Shown piece by piece: positions 26,712 to 38,600 of a stretch of 64,000 bases of DNA. Made by a program: the position numbers and the translations under genes. The DNA comes from Azolla caroliniana (Eukaryota > Plantae > Polypodiophyta), in the NCBI GenBank assembly GCA_043228905.1, contig JBHGNT010000001.1, forward strand, positions 35,774,001 through 35,838,000. Reading direction: 5' to 3'. Below the pieces are notes generated by a model. The model searched no databases, was not told the DNA's origin, and saw only the letters and a program-made list of their open reading frames with translations. Position 1 is the stretch's first letter, and each line of letters begins with the position of its first letter.

Positions 26712-29439
26712 TGTGAAAATTTGCTCTTTGCATCTAATTCCAAATATCAGTAATGTAGAAACTTCGTCTTTATAACACAATTTATGTGGGAAACATGACT
26801 GTGTTTTGTACCTGTTTAGCTGCATACCAATATTTGTTTATGGTCTCTTAGTCTCGTGAATACTCTCCACATAAACACGTAGTTAGCTTTATGTTCAGGA
26901 GCATTATAAGATGTTTCTCATACCACCTACCTGTGCCATTATAGCCTCATGTACTCTCAGCTAGTTCTCTTGCTAGGGTTTTCCTTAAACCCATCTAACT
27001 ATGTCTCTAAGCATGACCTCTTCCTTTACTACATGGGCGTAGCAGAAATTCATGAAGATGAGCCATGTGAAGTCTTTGGTCATGAGTTCGATTCTAACTT
27101 GAAATTATGTTCCCTTGTGACGATTTACGCCTGTAATATAATAAACCATAATCTTAAAAAAACTATCTTCTGTGTGGTATAACTGGTAGATGAATGTTAA
27201 AGGTAAAGAAGTCTGAATGCAGAGCCTGCTTGACGTACTAGAGGAAGTTGGAAACTTGTGAAAATTTGCTCTTTGCATCTAATTCCAAATATCAGTAATG
27301 TAGAAACTTCGTCTTTATAACACAATTTATGTGGGAAACATGACTGTGTTTTGTACCTGTTTAGCTGCATACCAATATTTGTTTATGGTCTCTTAGTCTC
27401 GTGAATACTCTCCACATAAACACGTAGTTAGCTTTATGTTCAGGAGCATTATAAGATGTTTCTCATACCACCTACCTGTGCCATTATAGCCTCATGTACT
27501 CTCAGCTAGTTCTCTTGCTAGGGTTTTCCTTAAACCCATCTAACTATGTCTCTAAGCATGACCTCTTCCTTTACTACATGGGCGTAGCAGAAATTCATGA
27601 AGATGAGCCATGTGAAGTCTTTGGTCATGAGTTCGATTCTAACTTGAAATTATGTTCCCTTGTGACGATTTACGCCTGTAATATAATAAACCATAATCTT
27701 AAAAAAACTATCTTCTGTGTGGTATAACTGGTAGATGAATGTTAAAGGTAAAGAAGTCTGAATGCAGAGCCTGCTTGACGTACTAGAGGAAGTTGGAAAC
27801 TTGTGAAAATTTGCTCTTTGCATCTAATTCCAAATATCAGTAATGTAGAAACTTCGTCTTTATAACACAATTTATGTGGGAAACATGACTGTGTTTTGTA
27901 CCTGTTTAGCTGCATACCAATATTTGTTTATGGTCTCTTAGTCTCGTGAATACTCTCCACATAAACACGTAGTTAGCTTTATGTTCAGGAGCATTATAAG
28001 ATGTTTCTCATACCACCTACCTGTGCCATTATAGCCTCATGTACTCTCAGCTAGTTCTCTTGCTAGGGTTTTCCTTAAACCCATCTAACTATGTCTCTAA
28101 GCATGACCTCTTCCTTTACTACATGGGCGTAGCAGAAATTCATGAAGATGAGCCATGTGAAGTCTTTGGTCATGAGTTCGACTCTAACTTGAAATTATGT
28201 TCCCTTGTGACGATTTACGCCTGTAATATAATAAACCATAATCTTAAAAAAACTATCTTCTGTGTGGTATAACTGGTAGATGAATGTTAAAGGTAAAGAA
28301 GTCTGAATGCAGAGCCTGCTTGACGTACTAGAGGAAGTTGGAAACTTGTGAAAATTTGCTCTTTGCATCTAATTCCAAATATCAGTAATGTAGAAACTTC
28401 GTCTTTATAACACAATTTATGTGGGAAACATGACTGTGTTTTGTACCTGTTTAGCTGCATACCAATATTTGTTTATGGTCTCTTAGTCTCGTGAATACTC
28501 TCCACATAAACACGTAGTTAGCTTTATGTTCAGGAGCATTATAAGATGTTTCTCATACCACCTACCTGTGCCATTATAGCCTCATGTACTCTCAGCTAGT
28601 TCTCTTGCTAGGGTTTTCCTTAAACCCATCTAACTATGTCTCTAAGCATGACCTCTTCCTTTACTACATGGGCGTAGCAGAAATTCATGAAGATGAGCCA
28701 TGTGAAGTCTTTGGTCATGAGTTCGATTCTAACTTGAAATTATGTTCCCTTGTGACGATTTACGCCTGTAATATAATAAACCATAATCTTAAAAAAACTA
28801 TCTTCTGTGTGGTATAACTGGTAGATGAATGTTAAAGGTAAAGAAGTCTGAATGCAGAGCCTGCTTGACGTACTAGAGGAAGTTGGAAACTTGTGAAAAT
28901 TTGCTCTTTGCATCTAATTCCAAATATCAGTAATGTAGAAACTTCGTCTTTATAACACAATTTATGTGGGAAACATGACTGTGTTTTGTACCTGTTTAGC
29001 TGCATACCAATATTTGTTTATGGTCTCTTAGTCTCGTGAATACTCTCCACATAAACACGTAGTTAGCTTTATGTTCAGGAGCATTATAAGATGTTTCTCA
29101 TACCACCTACCTGTGCCATTATAGCCTCATGTACTCTCAGCTAGTTCTCTTGCTAGGGTTTTCCTTAAACCCATCTAACTATGTCTCTAAGCATGACCTC
29201 TTCCTTTACTACATGGGCGTAGCAGAAATTCATGAAGATGAGCCATGTGAAGTCTTTGGTCATGAGTTCGATTCTAACTTGAAATTATGTTCCCTTGTGA
29301 CGATTTACGCCTGTAATATAATAAACCATAATCTTAAAAAAACTATCTTCTGTGTGGTATAACTGGTAGATGAATGTTAAAGGTAAAGAAGTCTGAATGC
29401 AGAGCCTGCTTGACGTACTAGAGGAAGTTGGAAACTTGT
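26712..29439. repeat. 545-bp tandem array, 5 near-identical units, in a pseudogene intron
   Basis: Unit starts tgtgaaaatttgctc at 26712, 27257, 27802, 28347, 28892. The identical 77-aa ORF recurs every 545 bp. The only difference I noticed is T>C at 28182. Confidence 0.97.
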
Positions 29440-30479
29440 AGATTGCTAATCGATACCATTCACAGCTTGAGTTGTCCTGGCATGAGGAAATTTTACCCTC
29501 TTGTTTGTAAACAATATCTTCAAAAACTATCTTCTGGCATGCGGTAACTGTTAGATTAAAGTTGCGAGTAAAGATGTCTCAGTGCAGATCCTGCTTGATT
29601 TACTAGAGGACGTTAAAATCTTATGGAGTCCTTATGATGTCCTACTTGGTGTCACTCACTGCTTGAGTTATTCTGCGCCTAGCTTGTTGAATCAAAATCA
29701 ATGGCGTGCATATCCTTCGCCTCAGTGTGACATTTATAATCCTTGCTTTGTGCTGATGGATTGTAAATGTCTTTGTAGTGCTGTATTTCAATACAAGTAA
29801 AAGACAGAAAAAAGAGAAAACAAAGAATAAAAGAGAGATTTACATGTTTGATATTTACAGATGCTAATCCAAAGTAATAGTCCTGTACCACCTGAATTAG
29901 CCAGACATGAAGCCTCAAAATTTAAACCAGGTGAGGCACATATTTCCAAATTTGGTTCCTTTGTGCCCTTTTAGATATCACATTTCCAGAAAGGATGAAA
30001 TTTGATAACCTTTTACCGCACATTGAAATGCAGGTAGCATCCCGGATCGACCAGCTCGTGGAAATGATATGGTGTATGCACATTAAAGATGTTACCCTTT
30101 GTGTACAAGACATGAAAGCTTCAATCCTCAAATCAGGTGAGGCACACCTTTCCAAATTCGAGTTTCTATGTGCCCTTCTAGATATCATATTTCTGGAAAG
30201 GATGAAAGTTGATAACCGTTTATCTCACATTGATGTGCAGGTAGCATCCTGGATCCACTAGCTCACAGAAATGATATGGTGTATACACAGAAAAGATGTT
30301 GCCTTCGGCATAGTATTGTGTACAAGTATACATATCAATGTATAGAAACCATGATGTGGTGTACGCACGTTAATGATTTTGCCTTTTGCATAGTATTGTA
30401 CAAGTATATTGCCTTCTGTATAGTATTGTACAAGTATATATATAAAGGAATAGGTGAACCATTTGGTCAGTTTGCATTC

Positions 30480-31531
30480 ATCTAAATGGAAATGTATGCA
30501 CATTATTCCATATCCTTATGCACATGTGAGCATGCATTCATTCACATTGGCTTTTCTTCCTCTTTTGATTTTTTTTACTGATGTTTGCTAGAATTGGCAT
30601 GTGTATCATGTTTTCTTCATGTAGCTTTTAGGGACAGTGAACAGGTAGAAATTTGTAAAGGAACTCATGTCCACCTAATGTCAAAAATCGATCTAAATGG
30701 AAATGTATGCACATTATTCCATATCCTTATGCACATGTGAGCATGCATTCATTCACATTGGCTTTTCTTCCTCTTTTGATTTTTTTACTGATGTTTGCTA
30801 GAATTGGCATGTGCATCATGTTTTCTTCATGTAGCTTTAGGGACAGTGAACAGGTAGAAATTTGTAAAGGAACTCATGTCCACCTAATGTCAAAAATCGA
30901 TCTAAATGGAAATGTATGCACATTATTCCATATCCTTATGCACATGTGAGCATGCATTCATTCACATTGGCTTTTCTTCCTCTTTTGATTTTTTTTACTG
31001 ATGTTTGCTAGAATTGGCATGTGCATCATGTTTTCTTCATGTAGCTTTAGGGACAGTGAACAGGTAGAAATTTGTAAAGGAACTCATGTCCACCTAATGT
31101 CAAAAATCGATCTAAATGGAAATGTATGCACATTATTCCATATCCTTATGCACATGTGAGCATGCATTCATTCACATTGGCTTTTCTTCCTCTTTTGATT
31201 TTTTTTACTGATGTTTGCTAGAATTGGCATGTGCATCATGTTTTCTTCATGTAGCTTTAGGGACAGTGAACAGGTAGAAATTTGTAAAGGAACTCATGTC
31301 CACCTAATGTCAAAAATCGATCTAAATGGAAATGTATGCACATTATTCCATATCCTTATGCACATGTGAGCATGCATTCATTCACATTGGCTTTTCTTCC
31401 TCTTTTGATTTTTTTTATTGATGTTTGCTAGAATTGGCATGTGCATCATGTTTTCTTCATGTAGCTTTAGGGACAGTGAACAGGTAGAAATTTGGAAAGG
31501 AACTCATGTCCACATAATGTCAAAAATCGAT
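30480..31531. repeat. ~210-bp tandem array, 5 units, downstream of the pseudogene
   Basis: atctaaatggaaatgtatgcac starts at 30480, 30691, 30900, 31110, 31320. Single-copy counterpart in unit B at ~54694-55000. Confidence 0.96.
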
Positions 31532-33028
31532 GAAAGAAAAACTTTTTGAACTTCTCATTTCTCCTTCACCTTCTTAAGAGTTGAGAGACTTGTGTAGAGT
31601 TTTGTGTTAAGTGGTCAACACCATGTTAGCCACTTAAAACAATTTACACCTATTCAGTCGTGGGAATATGTTGGACATTGTCTTGAGTTTGTCCAACACA
31701 ACTTTGGTTTATGAGAACTCTACCAAATAAGAAGTGGACTCGAAGCATCAATACTGAGGACATCATAATGTGCTTTGCTATACCTTTTCGGTCATTCACC
31801 CACGGAATGGAAATATTCTACTGTTGTATGTCAATATTGTGCAATTTCAAATGTTGTGGTGGATGGGAATCGAAATTGAGTGAACAGAGATATGGCAGTC
31901 GCGAATGACGTAAACAAAATGTAAATTTTCTGATAGTATTGTTGATCGACGATTGGTTGTGGTTTTCAGATTCTCGCTAGGAAGTATGTATGTATGCATA
32001 CGTTTATGGATGTATGTATGTATGTATTTTGGACAAAGGTCCACTATGGAAACAAGGAGTTTTATTTGTTGATGAAAACCAAGAGAAAGGCCTCCCTAGA
32101 ACATGTCCTTGCAACAAATTTTCGCAACTATGTTGGATGGGGATGTTGTCCCAATATAAGGTATAGTTACGTCATCTAGTTTTACGACACTTTATGGGGT
32201 TTATTTATCTTGCCATATAACTACAAATGAACTAGAGGAGATAGCAAGGGCGAAATTATCATCTTGTTTTTAAAACAAACACACAAATACGACAAAAAAA
32301 ACTTGGTCCTTTCGACAACTAAAATAGTGACTCTTTATTATTGTTAGTGTCTTTTATGCATGTGGCAAAGAACAATGTTTGATTATGATGTGGTCCTTAC
32401 GATGTGTCTTTCTTCCTTCTTTCCACAATTTTCCCTACCCTTGGTTCATGCCCTTTTCTCATGCTTGGATCCATTGTAAGAGTTCATGGTATTGTATTAG
32501 TAAGTTCTTAGCAAAAGTAGTTTGTGATTTGTTGGTTCATTGTTGTCCTTTGGCTCCAAACAAGACATTTGCAATATTGTTTTCATTTGAACGCCTACCA
32601 TTATTTGTCCACCATCTATTTGTCGAAGTTATCTTTCTATGCTCTCATTTTATCCAAGTGTGTTAATGTTAGATGCAATCAAATGCCAATGATACTTGCA
32701 TTGCGTGGGCAACAAAAGAAAGGGCATTGAATATGGTTGAAGGAATAATAATTGGTTGTAGCAACCTATTGGGTATGAGAGAACTTGGGACTATACTCCA
32801 TAGAGAGTTCACATTTATTTTCGTGATGATATCTATATACGCATTCAAATGTACATGTTTTGTACCTCTCCAATCCAATCACCTTATCGTAACATTCAAG
32901 CTTCACCTTTGTATATATGCTCTAATTCATTGTATACACTAGTACTAGTTATTCTCACGCTTCCACTATATTTCCTCAAGTTAACATGATATCACATATT
33001 TGGGTTTAATATTTGCTATTTATAAGAG

Positions 33029-33610
33029 TGTTAAGGATCTATGTATCGATGGAGTAAGCTCCTCGATGTCGTGGCGGGATTCGGACCGGCGTATACCCTC
33101 TTGATGGCGAATCGGGCGGAGATGGTTGTCGGATACCTCCGAGCCTCACACTCACTTAACGATTAGTAAATGATTAAGCACGATATCTCTCTCACTCTCT
33201 CTCACTCTCTCTCATAGACAATAGGTTAATAGCTATAGACAATAAGATGGAAGAGTATGTTTATTATTAACCCTCTTTGCTAAGAGGTCTAACACCAACA
33301 AGGAGAGAGATTAATGTTCTCTAACGAAACACCTCACTAATCTCTCTTAAGCTCAAAGGTTACAAGAACGAAGAGAGGAAGCTCTAGCTCTAATCAATAG
33401 GAGATCTTTACAAATGGGAGAACCCCCACAAAGCCACTACTATGTGGTTTATATAGCTTTCACGTTTAGGGTATGGGCCTTTCACACTCTGATGTCCTTT
33501 AGCCCTCTTTCCTCTTGTCATTCCCTCTTTGTAGGTCCTTTAACCATATTGTGTCCTTGTTGATGCGCTCTTCTTCACAATTGGTCGTGGTGTTATCCAA
33601 GGGCTTAACA
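33029..33610. mobile_element. Solo LTR (582 bp)
   Basis: Termini TGTTAAG...CTTAACA with a 5-bp TSD aagag (33024-33028 and 33611-33615). Absent from the paralogous site in unit A (~20788). Confidence 0.9.
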
Positions 33611-33769
33611 AAGAGTTTTTTTTTTCCAAAACAAATATCCTTCCATTAGTTGCTATTTATAAGAGTTGTTAAGAAGGATATAGTAATAGTGGGACAATGT
33701 AATGATTGCTAATGGTGGCGATGGGGATTAAACTACATGTTGTGGAAGCTCAAAACGTCACTCTTGATG

Positions 33770-34853
33770 GTGGTGAACACATTGATCCTCATGAAGTTGT
33801 GAGCACAAAAAATGTTGCTCTATGTGAAATCTATTATAATCTAACACGTGTCAAAGGCACCATATGTCCAAGGAATCCCTAACCAAAACTTTTGAGAATA
33901 TGTGAAAGGCAAAAGGATCGAGGGGTTTGTCACAATTATAAAGCATATTCATGACGACCTAACTATCATCCAATAGGTGAAAGGATGCATCAAATGACCA
34001 CAAAAGTGATTTTACAAATTGCCTCCAAAGTACAATGGTTTACTTGCACATTAGTTGATTGGGTAAGAGGTCTCACCCGTAAGAGTTTTTTGAGGAGTTC
34101 TTACCCTTGTTTGATGATGAAGAGATGCATGTGGGGATATGTGGACAATCAAATATGGATGCCCAGTTCTTATATGCGATGGAGAGAACAACAAAATGTG
34201 ATTGGAAGATTTCTTGGTAGAAAATGCCAACATTATGGTAAAATAGGACTTCTACGTTTTGCAAAGGACTCGTGAACATCCTGTTTGGGTTAGTGTTCAT
34301 TTGGTGAGATTTGAAGAATGTGATGATGGTGAACATTTGATCCTTGTCAAGTTGCAAGCACAAAGATCGCTCTATGTGAAATCGTAGTGGGGGCAATCTA
34401 TTATAATTTGACAGATGTCAAAGGCACTAGATGTCCAAGGAATCCCTCCACATTGGTAAGAGACGAGGAATAAGGTAACCAAAGCCTGGATAATTAGTAG
34501 TTTTTTGAGAATATGTCAAAGGCAGAAGGATGGGGGTCTTTATCACAATTATAAAGCATTTTCATGACGACATAACTATCATCCAATAGGTGAAAGGATG
34601 CATCAAATGACCACAGAAGTGATTTTACAAATTGCCTCCAGAGTACGATGGTTTACTTGCACATTGGTTGATTGGGTAAGAGGTCTCACCCGTAAGAGTT
34701 TTTTGAGGAATTCTTACCCTTGTTTGATGAAGAAGAGATGCATGTGGGGATATGTGGACAATCAAATATGGATAACCCTATATCTTAGTTACATGGGATG
34801 GAGAGCAAGGCAAAATGTGATTGGTAGAAAAAGCCACGATTATGGTAAAATAG
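33770..34853. repeat. Local tandem duplication, period ~560-613 bp
   Basis: 33770-34247 matches 34325-34853; paralogous ORFs MHQMTT(K/E)VILQIAS start at 33985 and 34598. Confidence 0.88.
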
Positions 34854-34895
34854 GGCATACGATTCGGAGTTTACAAAGTCAAAAGCCAAACGTTC

Positions 34896-35150
34896 TGTTA
34901 CCCCGTACGAGTTGTACGGAGAGTCAAGTGTCGAATATTATCATGATGATGTTGTATATGTGTAGGGAACATAAATGTAATTGTGAGTCGATATGTATGT
35001 GAACACATGCACACATGTGTGTATGTGGAGGGATACGATGAGGTGTGAGCGAGTGTCCAATATGAATGCTCTAGGGGGCTTACACCCCTTTGTATCTACC
35101 CCCTCTTGTACTATTTAACCCCTTTATGGGGAATGAATGAGGAAGGAATC

Positions 35151-35187
<37 letters not shown>

Positions 35188-35412
35188 ATCTCTCTTCCTA
35201 TCTCTCTCCCTCAACGTTGAACCCCCTTGGGAGGGGGGTGGAGCCATTCTAGGCACCACCCCCCACCCCACAATGCTTCTCAACGATTCTCAACATCTTC
35301 ATGCCAATCTCTCTTACCATCATACTCTCCATTATCTTCGCTATTACGCCATGTCTATCTTTGTCATTGATAATCATCATCGTCCTTAACCCTAACCCTA
35401 AAACGTATAACA
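34896..35412. mobile_element. Solo LTR (517 bp), different family
   Basis: Termini TGTTA...TAACA with a 5-bp TSD cgttc (34891-34895 and 35413-35417). Internal TATA-like ctatttaa and a (CT)n tract. Confidence 0.88.
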
Positions 35413-35674
35413 CGTTCGATGTGTCTAGGTTGGGGCCAATTAGGACGTGTACACATTTTCAAAGGACGAGAGACTGGAATCATGGTGTGCTCAAATGCAA
35501 ATGCATTGAGAGACATTTGGCTTTTAGATAGAGGAGTAAGTCGATGCACAAGAAGTCCAAAGAGGTTGTCAAAAAACATGCCACAAGTCGTGCAAAAGGT
35601 TCAAATAGGACGTAGGTAATTCCAACTCATAGAGATAAAATACACACTCTACCTTGAAACAAAGATAAGACACC

Positions 35675-38600
35675 ACGACTCCTAAGGCCTTCGTGAAAAT
35701 ATCAGCAACCTGGAGGTGCGTACTGATATGTTGTAGGTCAATTTCTCCGGCATGTACGTGCTCGCGGATGAAGTGGTAGTGCACTTCGATGTGTTTAGTC
35801 CATGTGTGGAAGACAGGGTTCTGAGCGAGGTAGATGTTGCTCATGTTGTCGCAGAAGAGGAGATTTGGATCCGTAATGGGAACGCCCAGATCCTTCAGTA
35901 TGCGCTTGAGCCATACAGCTTCGCATGCGACGACTGTCGCGCCCCTATATTCGGCTTCCGTGCTCAACAAGGAGACTGTCGGCTACTTCTTACTGCTCCA
36001 GGAGATCGCTCCACTGCCGAGGGAGAAGACGAATCCGGATGTGGATCGTCTATCCACTTTGTCGCCTGCCCAGTCCGCATCTGTGTATCATTCGAGTCGA
36101 ATGGTTGTATTTGACTTATACATAATGTCGTAATCCATCGCAGTGTTGACATACCAGAGTATCCGCTTAGCACAATAGAGATGAAGGTTTCACGGATTCT
36201 GCATGAATTGGCTAAGTAGGTTGACCGAATAACTGAGATCGGGTTGCATATTGGTGAGATAGATTTGGTTGCTGATTAGTTGACGATACTGAGTTGACTC
36301 GCACATGGTTGTGCATGAATCGACATCCATCTTGAGATTACGATCGAGAGGGGTGGACACAGGTTTGCATTTGGTCATTCAGAACTTGTAGAGCAAGTTG
36401 AGAACGTAGTGCCGTTGAGAGATCATTATTCCAACTAGTGTCCAAATTACTTCAATGCCTAAGAAGTAATGGAGCTTGTGTAGGTCTTTCATTTCGAATA
36501 TGCCGGAGATAAGTGATTTGACTTTGTTAATCTCGGCGAGATCCTTTCCTCCGATGACCAAATCATCCACGTAAAGGATGATGAAAATCGGGCTATCCGA
36601 CTCATTTTGGATGTACAGGGAAGTGTTGGATTTTGACATTCGAAATCCGATCTGATGAAGATATTGTGTGATCTTCGAGTGTCACGCACAGGGTGCTTGT
36701 TTGAGGCCGTATAGTGGCTTCTTGAGGTGGCATACGACGTGCGGATGACTACGCGATGCAAATCCGGGTGGTTGAATCATATATACTTCCTCTTCTAATT
36801 ATCCTTGGAGGAAAGCATTTTTCACGTCCATCTAGTGCCACCCTTTTGCTACTACAAGAGCAATTACGGTCCGCACGGTGGTCATCTTTGCCACTGGGGC
36901 AAAGGTCTCTTCATAGTCTACGTTGTGCATTTGCGCGTATCCTTTCGCAACGAGGCGTGCTTTGAAGCGATTTACGGAGCCGTCGGTATTGTATTTCACT
37001 TTGTAAATCCATCGACAACCAATCGCTTTCTTGTGCGGCGTGTGAGGGACAAGATCCCATGTCTCGTTTCTGCATAACGCTTCCATTTCCTCGTGCATCG
37101 CATCAACCCATCGTGGATCCTTTACGGTTTCGGAAAGCGTAAACTCATTGGAAAAATATTCTTTGCCTCCATCCGATTGAAGGCAACGTACGTTCCGACC
37201 CGTAGTTTTTTCGACTTCGGCCTTGAACCTCCGGAAGTGTACAAACACTTTGCCCTTCTGTCTCATTGGGTAGATCCAGGTGTGCATGGAGAAGTTGTCG
37301 ATGAACGTGACGTAATATTAGCATTTGTCGAGTGTGCTTGTCTGGGCCGGTCCCCATACATTTGAATGTACGACATCCAGGATCCCTTTGCTCACATTCT
37401 GCTCTTTCGGGAATGGATGTCGGCGTTGCTTTCTGAACTGGCACGCTTCGCATACGCTCGTCGTCTCCTTCATGGTAAAATTCGGGAGTCTGATTACGAC
37501 TCCTTTTGATTGCATGTTCTGGAGTTTTTGGAGATTGATGTGGCTAATTCTCTTCTGCCACAGGTTTATGTCGGTTTCGACTTTAAGGCCCTTTGCAAAC
37601 ATGGCCGACTTTACCTTGTTCGATTCGAGGATAAACATATGGCCTTCTTGTCGACCGTGGGCTATGACTTGTTCGCCCTTCGATGAAGCACCCGTCGTTG
37701 TTGAATCATACCTGCATTCCTTGTTCGACAATCTAGGCGACCTAGACCAGGTTTTTCGTGATGGTAGGGACATGCAATGCGTTCTTGAGATAGGTTTGTT
37801 TGCAGTTGTTTCCGAATGGGATGTTCCCGATATGCTGTATTGGATGAGTCCTACCATTGGCTGTTTCGACATATCCGGATCGTTCGGGTTTTCACAATTC
37901 TTGAAACCAATCTTCATGAGACGTCATGTGGTTAGATGCTCCCGAGTCAACAAACCATACGTTATTTGAGGTGGAGGCGTTGGTTGAGGCCTGTGTTGAC
38001 ATCGAGTGTGCTTTGTGCCTCATTACGAACATTCTGCCACGATCGCCGTAGTCGGAATTCGTGGCGTAATTTGTAAACATTCCGCTATGATTGTCGTAGT
38101 CGGAGTTCGATGCGTAGTTCGTGAGTTGTCAGCTAGTTGAAGCCAAGTCTCGTACCTTTTCCCGACACTCTTCTTCATGGTGTCTGTGTTTTCCACAGTA
38201 CTCGCATTCGATCGGGTTATTACGATTGCTCGGTTCGGCGTGATGACTCCCCCTTCTACCGAACTCTCTGGGACCGTTCCTGTCCGCTTGCCATTGGTGG
38301 GAGTTACTCTCTTAAGTCCGCCGACCATTACGACCTTGTTCGGATTGACTTCTATTTCCAAGACCTCTATTTCTTCTATCATCCGACTGGGAGTAGAGCA
38401 TATGACCCTCTGGTGCGTTGCTCCTTTGTCGGACGTGATTTTCCTCAACCAACAATATTGATTGGAGGTCAAAAAATGAAGGAGGGTTCTCCCTTGCAAG
38501 GATGGCCGATCTAATCGAGCCAAATCAGGGTGCTAAACTGTCAAGGCATATTTGCACCATCTCTTCATCGTCGATTATGACATTGATCGAACCAAGGGCA

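Larger units (their letters stand above)
21741..30086 (+). pseudogene. PRP28: PRP28/DDX23-like DEAD-box helicase pseudogene (copy A)
   Basis: Coding exons 1-7 deleted (junction ~21522). Exon 24653-24720 has a 2-nt insertion and CAG>TAG. Exons 19-20 and most of 21 deleted (junction ~26030-26035). Motif III SAT>SGT and motif VI HRIGRTGRAG>HRIGRTGCAG. The acceptor at 22400-22402 is GAG instead of CAG. Confidence 0.92.
19730..31974 (+). repeat. Tandem segmental duplication, unit A (unit B is ~31985-55500)
   Basis: Colinear homology: 19780-20790 with 32030-33028; 20800-21170 with 33675-33890 and 34270-34518; 21175-21522 with 40420-40773; 21523-31974 with 45701-55500. Confidence 0.93.

Noticed and set aside
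26949-29362. Five identical 77-aa ORFs as a gene cluster or CRISPR-like array
   Set aside because: They are a by-product of the 545-bp intronic tandem repeat. There are no unique spacers and no recognisable protein motif, and the context is eukaryotic.
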